From a bacterium (GTDB taxonomy: Bacteria; Patescibacteriota; Minisyncoccia; Moranbacterales; DUUL01), in contig JABGXP010000012.1 of assembly GCA_018675685.1 (NCBI GenBank), forward strand, positions 11,596 to 75,595: a DNA stretch of 64,000 bases. Direction: 5' to 3'. The translations under genes and the position numbers were made by a program. Position 1 is the first letter of the stretch; every line of letters begins with the position of its first letter. The notes beneath the pieces are model-generated. The model had not been told where the DNA came from and ran no database searches. It saw only the letters and a list, made by a program, of their open reading frames with translations. Of the stretch, positions 1-10,616 are shown piece by piece.

Positions 1-1
1 T

Positions 2-1111
2 TTTGTTGCGAGAAGAAATGGTATCGCTTGTGAGGAATTTGGGATCGGTTTCCCTCCTAGAATTGCTGGTTTTTTTAAAGACAAAAAAGGGAAAAGAAGG
101 TGGGTGTTTGGAAATAAAAAAATCGAAGAAGCAATCAAAGAGAAGGACGAGACTGTCTATTCTTTAAACTTAATTCCAATCGGAGGATTTGTTAGGATTA
201 AAGGAGAAGATGGTGAAGACAAAAACGCCCGTGATTCATTTGCAAGCCAGTCAATTTTTGTTAGATTTAAAGTTCTGTTTGCTGGAGTAGCAATGAATTT
301 TATTGTAGGCGCACTATTTTTTGGCTTCGCTTTTTACTTAGGTTTGCCAGAAGCAATTGGTGATGAAGATGTTGCTCCTAATGCAAAAGTTCAAATTTCT
401 GTTGTGGCAAAAGACTCGCCTGCCTCCAAGGCAAAATTGCAGGTTGGAGATACCATTGTTTCAACATTAGAGAACGGGAAAGAAAAGGATGTTTCAAAAG
501 TTTCAAATATAAGAACTGCGACAGAGGAAAAGGGCGGTCAAAACATAGAACTCAAAATTCTGCATCCAGGAGAAGATGACCCGGTAGTAGTTTCAGTTTT
601 TGTTAGAAAAAAGGAGAATACCCCAGAAGGACAGGGAGCTATAGGAATTGAATTGCTAAGAACTTCTTTTGCAAAATATGGTTTTTTTCAATCGATGTGG
701 ATGGGGGTTGAAACAACCGGACGAATCGTTGTAGCAATTTTCCAATTCCTTGGAGATTTGATTGTTAGATTATTCACGCCAAAGCCAATGGTTGCAGATG
801 TTGCTGGTCCAGTCGGAATTGCTGTAATGACGGGACAGGTGGCTAAGATGGGTCTAGCGTTCACTTTACAATTTGTTGCGATGTTATCAGTTAATTTAGC
901 TGTTATCAATCTTTTACCCCTGCCAGCCTTAGACGGAGGAAGGATACTCTTTTTGATTATTGAAAAAATAAAAGGGAAACCAGTAAGTGAAAAATTTGAA
1001 GGGATAGTTCATACGGCAGGATTTATTTTTTTGATGTCTTTAATGATACTTGTGACAATCAAAGACTTCAAAACATTCGAGATTATCCAGAAAATAAAAG
1101 ATCTATTCTAA
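2..1111 (+). CDS. rseP: RIP metalloprotease RseP (M50, PDZ), 5'-truncated by window edge
   Basis: Frame open from base 2 (FVARRNGIACEEFGIGFPP); LIPIGGFVRIKGE, AGVAMNF and NLLPLPALDGG motifs. Confidence 0.93.
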   Translation, partial: FVARRNGIACEEFGIGFPPRIAGFFKDKKGKRRWVFGNKKIEEAIKEKDETVYSLNLIPIGGFVRIKGEDGEDKNARDSFASQSIFVRFKVLFAGVAMNFIVGALFFGFAFYLGLPEAIGDEDVAPNAKVQISVVAKDSPASKAKLQVGDTIVSTLENGKEKDVSKVSNIRTATEEKGGQNIELKILHPGEDDPVVVSVFVRKKENTPEGQGAIGIELLRTSFAKYGFFQSMWMGVETTGRIVVAIFQFLGDLIVRLFTPKPMVADVAGPVGIAVMTGQVAKMGLAFTLQFVAMLSVNLAVINLLPLPALDGGRILFLIIEKIKGKPVSEKFEGIVHTAGFIFLMSLMILVTIKDFKTFEIIQKIKDLF

Positions 1112-1129
1112 TATCACGAGTTACTTGCT

Positions 1130-1180
1130 TTGACACACCCTGATTTATCCTCTAAGATAAGGATAATTGGGGTGTTTTTT
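1130..1180 (+). promoter_or_regulatory. Sigma70-type promoter for proS (TTGACA-17-TAAGAT) overlapping a terminator-like hairpin of rseP
   Basis: TTGACA 1130-1135, TAAGAT 1153-1158; stem ACACCC...GGGTGT followed by a T-run. Confidence 0.5.
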
Positions 1181-1276
1181 AGTGAAAAAAGTTAATGAAC
1201 CGTGCTTTATCAGCAAAGAATACTCAGAATAAAGGTGAAATATTTGAAAATAAACTAACATAAACTATAGAAATTT

Positions 1277-2977
1277 ATGCGTCAATCTAGATTATTTGGA
1301 AAAACCTCTAAAACAATTTCAAAAGATTTGAAAGTAGCTAGTCATAAATACTTACACCAAGGTGGATTTATTAGGGAATCTGTCGCTGGTAGGTATTATT
1401 TTTTACCACTCGGGATTAGAGTGAGAGACAAGATTGCTAAAATTATCGAGGATGAAATGAATAAAGCTGGTGCTCAAAAAATGATCACACCAACATTGCA
1501 CCCACTTGAGCTTTGGAAAGAGACTAATAGAACCGACACTGCTGGATTTGAATTAATGACACTTGAAGATCGTCGTGGTTCAGCCTTCGCTCTTGGGGGA
1601 ACTGCGGAAGAAATGATTGTGGATTTAGTCCGTGGTTATAATATAAGTTACAAGGATTTACCCTTTAATATCTATCAATTTTCTTCAAAATTTCGTGATG
1701 AATTACGTGCGAGAGGAGGTTTATTGCGAGTGCGAGAGTTTGTTATGAAAGATGGGTATTCTTTTCATTCAAATGAGGAATGTTTCAAAAAAGAATATAG
1801 AGTGATGTGGGACACATATACGCGCATTTTTGAGCAATTAGGGATGAAATCTTATGCAGTAGAAGCCGATAACGGATATATTGGTGGAGATTATTGCCAT
1901 GAGTTTGTTGTGGAGTGTGATGCTGGTGAAAGCGTTTTCTTTGTTTCAGAAGATGAAAAATATGTTGCTCATGAAGATGTGGCTAAGTTTAAAAGAGAGG
2001 AGATGAACTCTGAAGATGAAATAAAGGATTTTGAGGTTGTTGAACAACCAGAGTGGGTAAAGACGATGGAGGACGTCAAGAAGCACTACGATTTGCCAAC
2101 TTGGAGGTTCTTGAAGAATGTTGTATACCGAAATCGTGTTTCAGAGGAAATCATAATTGCAACAATAAGGGGTGATTTGGAAATCAACAAGACTAAGCTA
2201 GAACAAGTGCTTGATATGGTAGGAACACTGGAGGACGCAACAGAGAAAGACCTTGCTTCAATTGAAACTAAGACAGGATATGTTCATGCCTGGGGACACG
2301 AGAAATGCAGATATATTGGCGATCTATCTTTATGGACTGTAAAGAATTTCATTGGTGGTCAGAAAGAAGAAAAAACAGACTCAATTAATGTTAATTACGG
2401 AAGAGATTTTGAGCATGAGATTACCGCTGATATTGCAATGGCAAAAAACGATTTCTTAACAGAAGATGGCAAGCAAAAACTGAAACGAAAAAAAGGAGTA
2501 GAAGTGGGGAATATATTTCAACTTGGAAAACATTATTCTTCAAAAATGAATGCCACTTTCGTTGACGCCAAAGGAGAACAACAACAGTATTATATGGGTT
2601 GTTATGGCATTGGACTGGGAAGAAATATGGCAACTATAGTTGAGAAAAATCATGATGATAAAGGAATTATTTGGCCAGAGAAGGTCGCTCCTTTTAAGGT
2701 TCATTTGATCGGAATTGCAAATAAAGATGAATCTGTCCAAAAAGAAATAGACGAATTTTACAAAGAGCTGCAAGAGAAGGGCGTAGAAGTGCTATATGAT
2801 GATAGAGATATCAACCCGGGTGGTAAATTTGCAGACGCTGACATCATCGGATGTCCTTATCGAATTGTGATTAGCCAAAAAACAATCAAGGATGGGAAGA
2901 TTGAACTAAAAAGGCGAAAAGAAGATGACGTTAAAATGATTTTAAAGGAAGAATTATTAACAGAATTGTTGAAATAA
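1277..2977 (+). CDS. proS: Proline--tRNA ligase (bacterial type with editing insertion)
   Basis: MRQSRLF N-terminus, KFRDELRARGGLLRVREF motif 2, MGCYGIG motif 3, anticodon-binding domain. Confidence 0.97.
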   Translation: MRQSRLFGKTSKTISKDLKVASHKYLHQGGFIRESVAGRYYFLPLGIRVRDKIAKIIEDEMNKAGAQKMITPTLHPLELWKETNRTDTAGFELMTLEDRRGSAFALGGTAEEMIVDLVRGYNISYKDLPFNIYQFSSKFRDELRARGGLLRVREFVMKDGYSFHSNEECFKKEYRVMWDTYTRIFEQLGMKSYAVEADNGYIGGDYCHEFVVECDAGESVFFVSEDEKYVAHEDVAKFKREEMNSEDEIKDFEVVEQPEWVKTMEDVKKHYDLPTWRFLKNVVYRNRVSEEIIIATIRGDLEINKTKLEQVLDMVGTLEDATEKDLASIETKTGYVHAWGHEKCRYIGDLSLWTVKNFIGGQKEEKTDSINVNYGRDFEHEITADIAMAKNDFLTEDGKQKLKRKKGVEVGNIFQLGKHYSSKMNATFVDAKGEQQQYYMGCYGIGLGRNMATIVEKNHDDKGIIWPEKVAPFKVHLIGIANKDESVQKEIDEFYKELQEKGVEVLYDDRDINPGGKFADADIIGCPYRIVISQKTIKDGKIELKRRKEDDVKMILKEELLTELLK

Positions 2978-2981
2978 AAAT

Positions 2982-3299
2982 ATGATAAAGCATTTATCAG
3001 CAGAGGAATATAAAGAGCTTATCGAAAGTAAGAATGTTTGGAATCTCGATATAAGGGAGGGATATGAGTTCAACGAAGAACGTATTGAGGGAGCGAGACT
3101 TGTTCCTTCGACAAAATTTGAGGATATTTTTGAAGAGCTGAAGATAAAAAAAAGTGAAAAAATCGCGGTATATTGCAGGAGTGGTGCCAGAAGCGCTTTC
3201 ATTGCCCAGAAACTTAGCGATAAGGGCTATGAAAATATTTTTAACCTAGAACTAGGACTGATTGACTGGAAAAAGAATGGTTTTAATGTTGAGAAATAA
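2982..3299 (+). CDS. Rhodanese-like domain protein
   Basis: LDIRE...RIEGA, active-site loop YCRSGARS, LELGLIDW. Confidence 0.88.
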   Translation: MIKHLSAEEYKELIESKNVWNLDIREGYEFNEERIEGARLVPSTKFEDIFEELKIKKSEKIAVYCRSGARSAFIAQKLSDKGYENIFNLELGLIDWKKNGFNVEK

Positions 3300-3364
3300 T
3301 TTTTTGTAGAGGAGGCGTAAGTGTTGTGAGAAAGAAAGTCTAATAAAGTCGAAATAAAAAGAAT

Positions 3365-4417
3365 ATGTGGAATAAAATTTTCGGGAAGATCTCACAGGAT
3401 ATCGGAATAGATCTAGGAACAGCTAATACGTTGGTCTATGTCAAAGGAAAGGGTATTGTTATTAATGAGCCATCCGTGGTTGCTGTTAATAAAAGAACCG
3501 GACAAATTTTAGCGATTGGAAAAGAAGCAAGAAAAATGGTTGGGAAAACTCCAGGTCACATTGTAGTTTCGCGCCCCTTAGTAGACGGGGTTATTTCTGA
3601 CTTTGAAACAACAGAACAGATGTTGAAATATTTTATTCAAAAAGTTCATGCCGATACTTTCACTCTTCTACCAAGACCCAGGGTTGTAGTCGGAGTGCCT
3701 TCTGGTGTCACTGAAGTTGAAAAGAGAGCTGTGTTTGACGCCACAATCAGTGCAGGTGCAAGGGAGGCGTTCCTTATCGATGAGCCAATGGCTGCATCAA
3801 TTGGAGCACGTTTGCCAGTTCAAGATGCAGCTGGTAATATGATTGTTGACATTGGAGGAGGGACAACTGAAGTAGCTGTGATTTCCTTAGGAGGCGTCGT
3901 TACTAGCCGAAGTTTAAGAATAGCTGGGGATGAAATGAATGAGGATGTGATCCGCTTTGCACGTGATAAACACAACCTGCTTTTAGGAGAGAGAAGCGCA
4001 GAAGATATTAAGATCGCGATTGGAAGTGCCTATAAAATGGAAGATGAGCTAGAAATGACGATTCGTGGGCGAGACTTAATCAGTGGTTTACCAAAAGAAG
4101 TTATTATAAATGATTCGCAAATTAGAGAAGCTCTTTCCCGATCTATAAAAATTATTGTTAACAATATCAAATCTGCAGTTGAAGAAACACCCCCAGAATT
4201 GGTTGGGGACATTATGCAAAGAGGAATTATATTAGCTGGGGGAGGGGGATTAATTAGAGGACTCGATCGATTGATCGCGGAGCAAACTGAGATGCCAGTT
4301 AAGAGAATGGAAGATCCGTTAACAGCGGTTGTTCGGGGCACGGGAATAGTACTAGAGAATCTCGATGAACTAAGAGATGTTTTGATAGAATCCAGTGATG
4401 ATAAAAAACTTCGATAA
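3365..4417 (+). CDS. mreB: Rod shape-determining protein MreB
   Basis: DIGIDLGTANT, INEPSVVA, VDIGGGTTEVAVISLGG. Confidence 0.98.
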   Translation: MWNKIFGKISQDIGIDLGTANTLVYVKGKGIVINEPSVVAVNKRTGQILAIGKEARKMVGKTPGHIVVSRPLVDGVISDFETTEQMLKYFIQKVHADTFTLLPRPRVVVGVPSGVTEVEKRAVFDATISAGAREAFLIDEPMAASIGARLPVQDAAGNMIVDIGGGTTEVAVISLGGVVTSRSLRIAGDEMNEDVIRFARDKHNLLLGERSAEDIKIAIGSAYKMEDELEMTIRGRDLISGLPKEVIINDSQIREALSRSIKIIVNNIKSAVEETPPELVGDIMQRGIILAGGGGLIRGLDRLIAEQTEMPVKRMEDPLTAVVRGTGIVLENLDELRDVLIESSDDKKLR

Positions 4418-4449
4418 TTTGATTCGATGTTTAACCAAAATAAAATAAT

Positions 4450-5259
4450 ATGAAATTGTCTAAAAAAAGCAATTTGATTGTCTTACTTACAGTTATTTTG
4501 GTTGCACTCGTACTGATGTTTATCGGGAGAAATGCTAAAAATAAGCCATTTGAAGGTCCAGTGCGTAGAGTGACAACTCCGGTCGCTGGTTTTTTTTCCG
4601 GAATTGGCGTATGGGCTGATGATAAATTTTCCTTCCTAACTGAGATTGGAAATTTAAAAAAACAGAACCGAGAATTATTCGAGGAGAATTCTAAGATAAA
4701 AAGCCGCCTTGCAAAACTAGATGGAGTTGAAAAAGAAAACACAGAATTGAGAAAACAGATTGATCTAGCCCCAAAAGAGAAATATATATTGATCAGTAGT
4801 TTGGTGATAGGAAAAGATTTAAGAAATCAAGAAGAGACAATCCATTTAAATCGAGGAAGGAAGGATGGAATTAAAACTCAAATGGCCGTAATTGTTGACG
4901 AAGGAATCTTAGTGGGAAGGGTCTCAAAGGTTTTTGAGACATCATGCGATGTGGAATTATTGATAAATAGAAATTCCAAAATCAACGCAGAAATTATCCG
5001 TACCGAGACGAAAGGAATCGCAAGGGGACAATTTGGAACTTCAATCGTCTTAGACATGATTCCTCAAACAGTGAAAATAGAACATGGAGACTCTGTTGTA
5101 ACTTCAGGTATAGGAGGTTTATTACCCAGAGGTCTTTTGATTGGTTATGCTCAAGATGCATCGCCGACTCCAGACCAACTTTTTCAGAAAACTTCGCTAA
5201 TTTTACCTTTCCAACTTGATGAACTTAGAATGGTTTGGGTTGTGGAAGGAAAGAAATAA
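4450..5259 (+). CDS. mreC: Rod shape-determining protein MreC
   Basis: N-terminal TM, coiled coil, GDSVVTSGIGGLLPRGLLIG; follows mreB. Confidence 0.93.
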   Translation: MKLSKKSNLIVLLTVILVALVLMFIGRNAKNKPFEGPVRRVTTPVAGFFSGIGVWADDKFSFLTEIGNLKKQNRELFEENSKIKSRLAKLDGVEKENTELRKQIDLAPKEKYILISSLVIGKDLRNQEETIHLNRGRKDGIKTQMAVIVDEGILVGRVSKVFETSCDVELLINRNSKINAEIIRTETKGIARGQFGTSIVLDMIPQTVKIEHGDSVVTSGIGGLLPRGLLIGYAQDASPTPDQLFQKTSLILPFQLDELRMVWVVEGKK

Positions 5260-5264
5260 ACGGT

Positions 5265-5798
5265 ATGAAGAAAACAATTTTTTTACTTATCTTACTTATA
5301 TTTTTTGCGCAGTATTCACTTTTGTCTATGATTGGTGGTGCCAAAAACATAAGTCAGGGAATATTACTAACCCTTCTTTTAGTTGTTTTTCTTCGTAGAA
5401 ATTACTTGGAAAATATCGGATGGGCTTTGTTTGGAGGCTTGTTAACTGATTATTTCTCTAGCGTCCCTTTCGGCTTTAACGTTATAAATTTTACTGTTTT
5501 AGTTTTTGCAATGGATGTTTTAAAACAAAAAATTGCTTTAAAGGAAATGCACTTTTCCATTGTTGCATTCGTAGTTTTCTTGGGACTGATTTTGTCTAAT
5601 TTGTTGGCTATGTCGTTTTCTAGTATTCTTAGTGTAGTTAAGATTACAGCGCAAATTTCATCAATTGATTTCTCTGTGCAATTTATTATAATCAATGCAT
5701 CTTTAGCTATAATAGGTTTTTTATTTTACAGATTGGTATTGATTATTGAAAAAGTTTTTGGTATTGGAGCTATGGAAATTAAAATAGACAAATTGTGA
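5265..5798 (+). CDS. mreD: MreD-like membrane protein
   Basis: Hydrophobic; GGLLTDYFSSVPFG motif; between mreC and PBP2; start moved to ATG 5265. Confidence 0.75.
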   Translation: MKKTIFLLILLIFFAQYSLLSMIGGAKNISQGILLTLLLVVFLRRNYLENIGWALFGGLLTDYFSSVPFGFNVINFTVLVFAMDVLKQKIALKEMHFSIVAFVVFLGLILSNLLAMSFSSILSVVKITAQISSIDFSVQFIIINASLAIIGFLFYRLVLIIEKVFGIGAMEIKIDKL

Positions 5799-7774
5799 TG
5801 TTTGGCAAGAAAAAAAGTTTTACAGACAGAGATTTTGATATTGAAAATCCTTTAGAATATGTTTCAGAGGATGCTGATTTTAATTTTGAAGATGACGAGA
5901 AAGAGATTAATGTTACGAGTTGCGATAAAAATTTATTATGGATTGCAATTTCCTTCTTACTCATAATATTGTGCGCAAGAACTTTTTATTTGCAGGTAGC
6001 CAAAGGTCCTTATTACAAGGAGATTGCTGAAAACAATAGAGTAAGAGAAGTTGTGATAAAAGCTCCGAGAGGGATTATTCGTGATAAATACGGTGAAGTT
6101 CTAGCTAGAAATATTCCAAGTTTTGAAGTTGTTTTTGTCCCCTTGAATTTGCCAGAGAACGAAAGTACCTGGAAAGTCTTAACTGCAAAACTAGGTGAAC
6201 TTTTGGGGCCAGAACTTAACCAAGAGGAGTTATTTTTGCAAATGATGCAAGCGTCTAAAGTTGATAGGAGAAGCTATCTTATTCAAAAAAATGTGGAGAG
6301 AGATAAGGCATTCGAGATTATTGAGAGGTCAGTTGAATTTCCTGGCATTTACATTGGGAAAACTGCAAGAAGGGAATATGTGGAAGGAGAAATTTTTTCA
6401 AAAGTAATCGGATATGATGGGAAGATTACCAAGGAGGAGTTAAAGGAGAATCCAACATATTTAATGACTGACTATATTGGAAAAAGTGGGATCGAATATA
6501 GCTATGAAGATAATTTGCATGGGAAGCACGGGATGCGTCGTTTTGAGGTTGATGCAACAGGGAACATCAAAGAGGATTTAGGCGAAGTAGTTCCAATTGC
6601 TGGTGACGAGCTAATTTTGCACATTGATGCTGAATTACAAAAAGAGATCACAAAGATAGCAGAAAAGACATTGGTCGATAATAAGGATGCAACAGGTATA
6701 GCAGTTGTAGCACTCGATCCTCGAACAGGAGGTGTTAGAGCCTTGGTTAGTTTGCCATCATTCGATAACAATATGTTTGCGCGCGGGATTTCTAATAGTG
6801 AATATGCCGAATTGATTAATAGCAATAAAAAACCTCTTTTAAACAGAGCTATAAAAGGAGAGTATCCACCAGGGTCTCCATATAAAATCATGATGGCTGC
6901 TGCTGCACTGGAGGAGGGTGTTGTGACAGAGCATACAAGTATTAATTGCGGAGGAGCAATTCACGTTGGTGCTTGGCCTTTTCCTGACTGGAAAACACAT
7001 GGTAGTACTGACGTTAGAAAAGCAATTGCTCAGAGTTGTGATGTTTTCTTCTATACAGTAGCCGGTGGCTGGGGAGATATTGGTGGGCTTGGAATTAAGC
7101 GTATGGAAATTTATGCGAAAATGTTTGGATATGGCGAAGTAACAGGAATTGATCTACCTGGAGAAGAAAATGGCAATGTCCCAAGCGGGGACTGGAAATT
7201 TAAGCGATTTGGTGAAAAGTGGTACATAGGTGATAGTTACCATGCTGCTATTGGGCAGGGCTATGTCACAACAACTCCTTTGCAGGTTGTCCAGTCAATC
7301 TCCGTGATTGCAAATGGGGGTAAATTGATCCGCCCTAAAGTTGTTGATAAAATTTTACACCCTGACGGTGAAGAAGAAGTACTATTGTCAGAAATAATTA
7401 CAAAACAAGTTGTTTCCAAAAAAACTGTAGAGATTGTTCGAGATGGGATGAAGGACACTGTATATTCAGTAGGAGGCTCTGGCGCGAGCTTGAGAAGTCT
7501 CAAAGTTGAGAGTGCTGGAAAAACAGGAACGTCACAGTTTGGAAATGAAGATAAATTACATTCTTGGTATGCTTCATTTGCGCCATTTGAGAACCCAGAA
7601 TTAGCAATGATAGTTTTAGTTGAAGGTGGAGGAGAGGGGCACACTTGGGCAGTGCCGATTACAAAAGAAACATATGAATGGTATTTTGATAGAAAGCGGG
7701 GAGAGATTGAGAAAGAGGGGGTTAATAGAACAAAGGAGGAAATCGAAGAAGAGATTATGGAAGAGGAGGTTTAA
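5795..7774 (+). CDS. mrdA: Penicillin-binding protein 2
   Basis: APRGIIRD, PPGSPYK (SxxK), SCD (SxN variant), KTGT. Confidence 0.95.
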   Translation: MMFGKKKSFTDRDFDIENPLEYVSEDADFNFEDDEKEINVTSCDKNLLWIAISFLLIILCARTFYLQVAKGPYYKEIAENNRVREVVIKAPRGIIRDKYGEVLARNIPSFEVVFVPLNLPENESTWKVLTAKLGELLGPELNQEELFLQMMQASKVDRRSYLIQKNVERDKAFEIIERSVEFPGIYIGKTARREYVEGEIFSKVIGYDGKITKEELKENPTYLMTDYIGKSGIEYSYEDNLHGKHGMRRFEVDATGNIKEDLGEVVPIAGDELILHIDAELQKEITKIAEKTLVDNKDATGIAVVALDPRTGGVRALVSLPSFDNNMFARGISNSEYAELINSNKKPLLNRAIKGEYPPGSPYKIMMAAAALEEGVVTEHTSINCGGAIHVGAWPFPDWKTHGSTDVRKAIAQSCDVFFYTVAGGWGDIGGLGIKRMEIYAKMFGYGEVTGIDLPGEENGNVPSGDWKFKRFGEKWYIGDSYHAAIGQGYVTTTPLQVVQSISVIANGGKLIRPKVVDKILHPDGEEEVLLSEIITKQVVSKKTVEIVRDGMKDTVYSVGGSGASLRSLKVESAGKTGTSQFGNEDKLHSWYASFAPFENPELAMIVLVEGGGEGHTWAVPITKETYEWYFDRKRGEIEKEGVNRTKEEIEEEIMEEEV

Positions 7775-7810
7775 AGTTATTTTTTGTATAATATTTTAAC
7801 TTAAAGATAT

Positions 7811-8527
7811 ATGTCAGGACACTCTAAATGGTCAACAATTAAACATAAAAAGGCAGCTTTAGACGCAAAACGATCTAATGTTTTTACGAAACTCGCAAAG
7901 GACATTTCTGTCGCAGCTCGTGAAGGTGGAGATCCAGATATGAACTTCAAATTGCGAATGGCAATGGACCGAGCTCGGAGTTCAAATATGCCTAAGGATA
8001 ATATTGAACGAGCAATAAAGGCTGGGACGGGGGAGAACAAAGATGGTGTTATTATCGAAGAACTTATTTATGAAGGCTATGGCCCTGAGCAAGTTGCAAT
8101 TTTGATTAAGACTGCAACTGATAATAAAAATAGAACTCTTTCTGAGGTTAGAAATGCATTAAATAAGAACGGTGGGAAAATGGTTGAGGGCGGCAGCGTG
8201 AGTTGGCAATTTTCGCAAGTTGGAGTTCTGGAGATCGAAAAATCAAAAATAAAGGACGAAGAGTTAGAAATGATCTTTATCGAAGCTAATGTAAATGATT
8301 ACAAAAAAGAAGAAGATGGTTGGGTTGTATACACAGAAATGACAGATCTTCAGAAAGTAAAAGAGTCACTAGAAATCGCTGGCTTGAAAGTTCTAACTGC
8401 TTTTATTGGATATGTCGCAAAGGATACAATTGAAATAAGCGACAAGGCTCAAGAGAGTTATGAAAAGCTCCTAATGGCGCTTGATCAACAAGATGACGTT
8501 GTTGATATATTTGATAATTTAAATTAG
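7811..8527 (+). CDS. yebC: YebC/PmpR family protein
   Basis: MSGHSKWSTIKHKK, YEGYGP, TDNKNRT. Confidence 0.96.
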   Translation: MSGHSKWSTIKHKKAALDAKRSNVFTKLAKDISVAAREGGDPDMNFKLRMAMDRARSSNMPKDNIERAIKAGTGENKDGVIIEELIYEGYGPEQVAILIKTATDNKNRTLSEVRNALNKNGGKMVEGGSVSWQFSQVGVLEIEKSKIKDEELEMIFIEANVNDYKKEEDGWVVYTEMTDLQKVKESLEIAGLKVLTAFIGYVAKDTIEISDKAQESYEKLLMALDQQDDVVDIFDNLN

Positions 8528-8566
8528 CAATTGATATTTGGAATTAAAAGAGGAATAAAAAATAGA

Positions 8567-9082
8567 ATGGAGAAATCAAAGAAAGGAATAACTATTCTAG
8601 GAATCGATCCTGGAACAGCAACAACTGGTTGGGGTGTAATTCGTGAAGTGGATGGAGACTGCCAACTTGTTGCATATGGAGCAATCGAAACCTCAAAAAA
8701 TAAAACAAACGTTAATAGGCTTAAGGAAATTGCAAATGACCTAGAGACATTAATTGCCACATATAAACCAGATGAAGCTGGCATTGAAGATTTGTTTTTT
8801 TGCAACAATGTTACAACAGCGATTAAAGTTGCTCAAGCAAGAGGTGTAATGCTTCTGGTTTGCGGTAGGGCAAAATTGCCGATTGGAGAGTATACACCAT
8901 TGCAGGTAAAACAAGCTCTAACTGGTTATGGGAGGGCAGACAAGGCTCAGGTCCAACAGATGGTCAAGGAGTTTTTGCGATTGAAGAAAATTCCAAAACC
9001 AGACGATGCAGCAGACGCTCTAGCTGTCGCAATTTGTCATCAAAGCTCTCGAAGAATAAAAAATCTTAATAAAATAGGTTAA
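8567..9082 (+). CDS. ruvC: Holliday junction resolvase RuvC
   Basis: ILGIDPG, AQARGV, YTPLQVK, DDAADALAVAICH; start moved to ATG 8567. Confidence 0.96.
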   Translation: MEKSKKGITILGIDPGTATTGWGVIREVDGDCQLVAYGAIETSKNKTNVNRLKEIANDLETLIATYKPDEAGIEDLFFCNNVTTAIKVAQARGVMLLVCGRAKLPIGEYTPLQVKQALTGYGRADKAQVQQMVKEFLRLKKIPKPDDAADALAVAICHQSSRRIKNLNKIG

Positions 9083-9175
9083 GCAGATTCTTTTAAGAGA
9101 AAGGAGTGCTTGTAAAAAGTTGAGCGATTGGATATACTGTATTATTGAAAATATGAAAAAGATATCACAAAAGAA

Positions 9176-10570
9176 ATGAATAAAATAGAAGAAAAAGGAA
9201 CATATAAAAAGAAAAAATCCACATCGCTTCACCGCGATCGTTTGCGTATGCCACCACATAACTCTGAAGCTGAAGAATCGGTCTTGGGATCAATTATGTT
9301 AGACAAGGACGCAATTATTAAAATTGCCGATCTTATTTCACCTAGTGATTTTTATAACGATAAAAACAGAATGATCTATGAGGTGGTTCAAGAACTTTAT
9401 AATGAGCAATTGCCCTTAGATATTTTAAATATCTCATCACGTTTAAAAGAAAAAAGTCTTTTAAAGACTGTCGGTGGTCGAAGTTATCTTACAGAGCTCA
9501 TTAACACCGTTCCAAGTGCTTCAAATGTTGTTTCCTATGCAAAGCTTGTTCAGAATAAATCTTCGTTGAGACGCTTAATTTCAGCCGCCTCTGATGTCGT
9601 TGAGATGGGGTATGAAGAATCTCGACCTATAGATGATATTATGGATAGTGCACAACAAAAACTTTTTGCGATTGCGCAAACTTCCACAAAACAAGAGTTT
9701 GCAAAGATCAACTCTTTACTGGAAAGTGCTTTTGTGAGAATTGATGATATGCACAAGAACAAAGATAAGTTCCGTGGAGTTGAAACTGGAATGCAAGATA
9801 TCGACAATCTTCTGTCAGGTTTACAGAAATCTGATTTAATTATTTTAGCTGCAAGACCTGCCATTGGAAAAACTTCTTTCGCATTGCAAATTGCTCGACA
9901 CGCTGCAGTAAAAACAAAGGCTGCGGTTGGTGTGTTTTCCTTGGAGATGTCCTCAGATCAATTAGTTGACAGGATGTTGAGCGCTGAAGCCAAAGTTAAT
10001 TTATGGGCACTACGAACAGGAAACTTGGATGAAGAGGATGATGATTTTCAGAAAATTGGTGATGCAATGGGGGTTTTATCTGAGGCACCAATTCACATTG
10101 ACGATAGTGCTACTGCTAATATTATGGAAATGAGAACCATGGCTAGACGTTTACAGTCTGAGCATGGCTTGGATCTATTAGTTATCGATTATTTGCAACT
10201 AATGGAGGGCCGGGGAAAGTCAGAATCTCGGGTGAATGAGATTTCAGAAATTTCTAGAGGATTAAAAAACCTTGCGAAAGAACTTAACGTACCAATTTTA
10301 GCTCTCTCTCAGCTTTCTCGTGCTGTGGAGTCACGAAGTCCGCAAATTCCAAAATTATCAGACCTAAGAGAGTCTGGTTCAATTGAGCAAGATGCTGATA
10401 TTGTGATGTTTTTATATCGTGAAGATCGAGAGAACCCTGACACAGAGAACAAAAATATTATTGAGGTTCATGTTGCAAAACACAGAAATGGTCCAACAGG
10501 TCAAGTCAGTTTATATTTCAATGAAGAATCAACATCTTTTCACGCATTGGACAAACATCATTCACAATAA
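9176..10570 (+). CDS. dnaB: Replicative DNA helicase
   Basis: PPHNSEAE, AARPAIGKT, IDYLQL, LSDLRESGSIEQDAD, KHRNGPTG. Confidence 0.98.
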   Translation: MNKIEEKGTYKKKKSTSLHRDRLRMPPHNSEAEESVLGSIMLDKDAIIKIADLISPSDFYNDKNRMIYEVVQELYNEQLPLDILNISSRLKEKSLLKTVGGRSYLTELINTVPSASNVVSYAKLVQNKSSLRRLISAASDVVEMGYEESRPIDDIMDSAQQKLFAIAQTSTKQEFAKINSLLESAFVRIDDMHKNKDKFRGVETGMQDIDNLLSGLQKSDLIILAARPAIGKTSFALQIARHAAVKTKAAVGVFSLEMSSDQLVDRMLSAEAKVNLWALRTGNLDEEDDDFQKIGDAMGVLSEAPIHIDDSATANIMEMRTMARRLQSEHGLDLLVIDYLQLMEGRGKSESRVNEISEISRGLKNLAKELNVPILALSQLSRAVESRSPQIPKLSDLRESGSIEQDADIVMFLYREDRENPDTENKNIIEVHVAKHRNGPTGQVSLYFNEESTSFHALDKHHSQ

Positions 10571-10616
10571 AACTGGAAATAAATCAAACTAGCTTAATAA
10601 AAATAAAATTAAAACT

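Noticed and set aside
1165-1276. Possible T-box in the proS leader (AATAAAGGTGAAATA; CCGTGCTTTATCAGC)
   Set aside because: The essential UGGN bulge reads UGAA and no antiterminator partner or terminator follows; at most a relic
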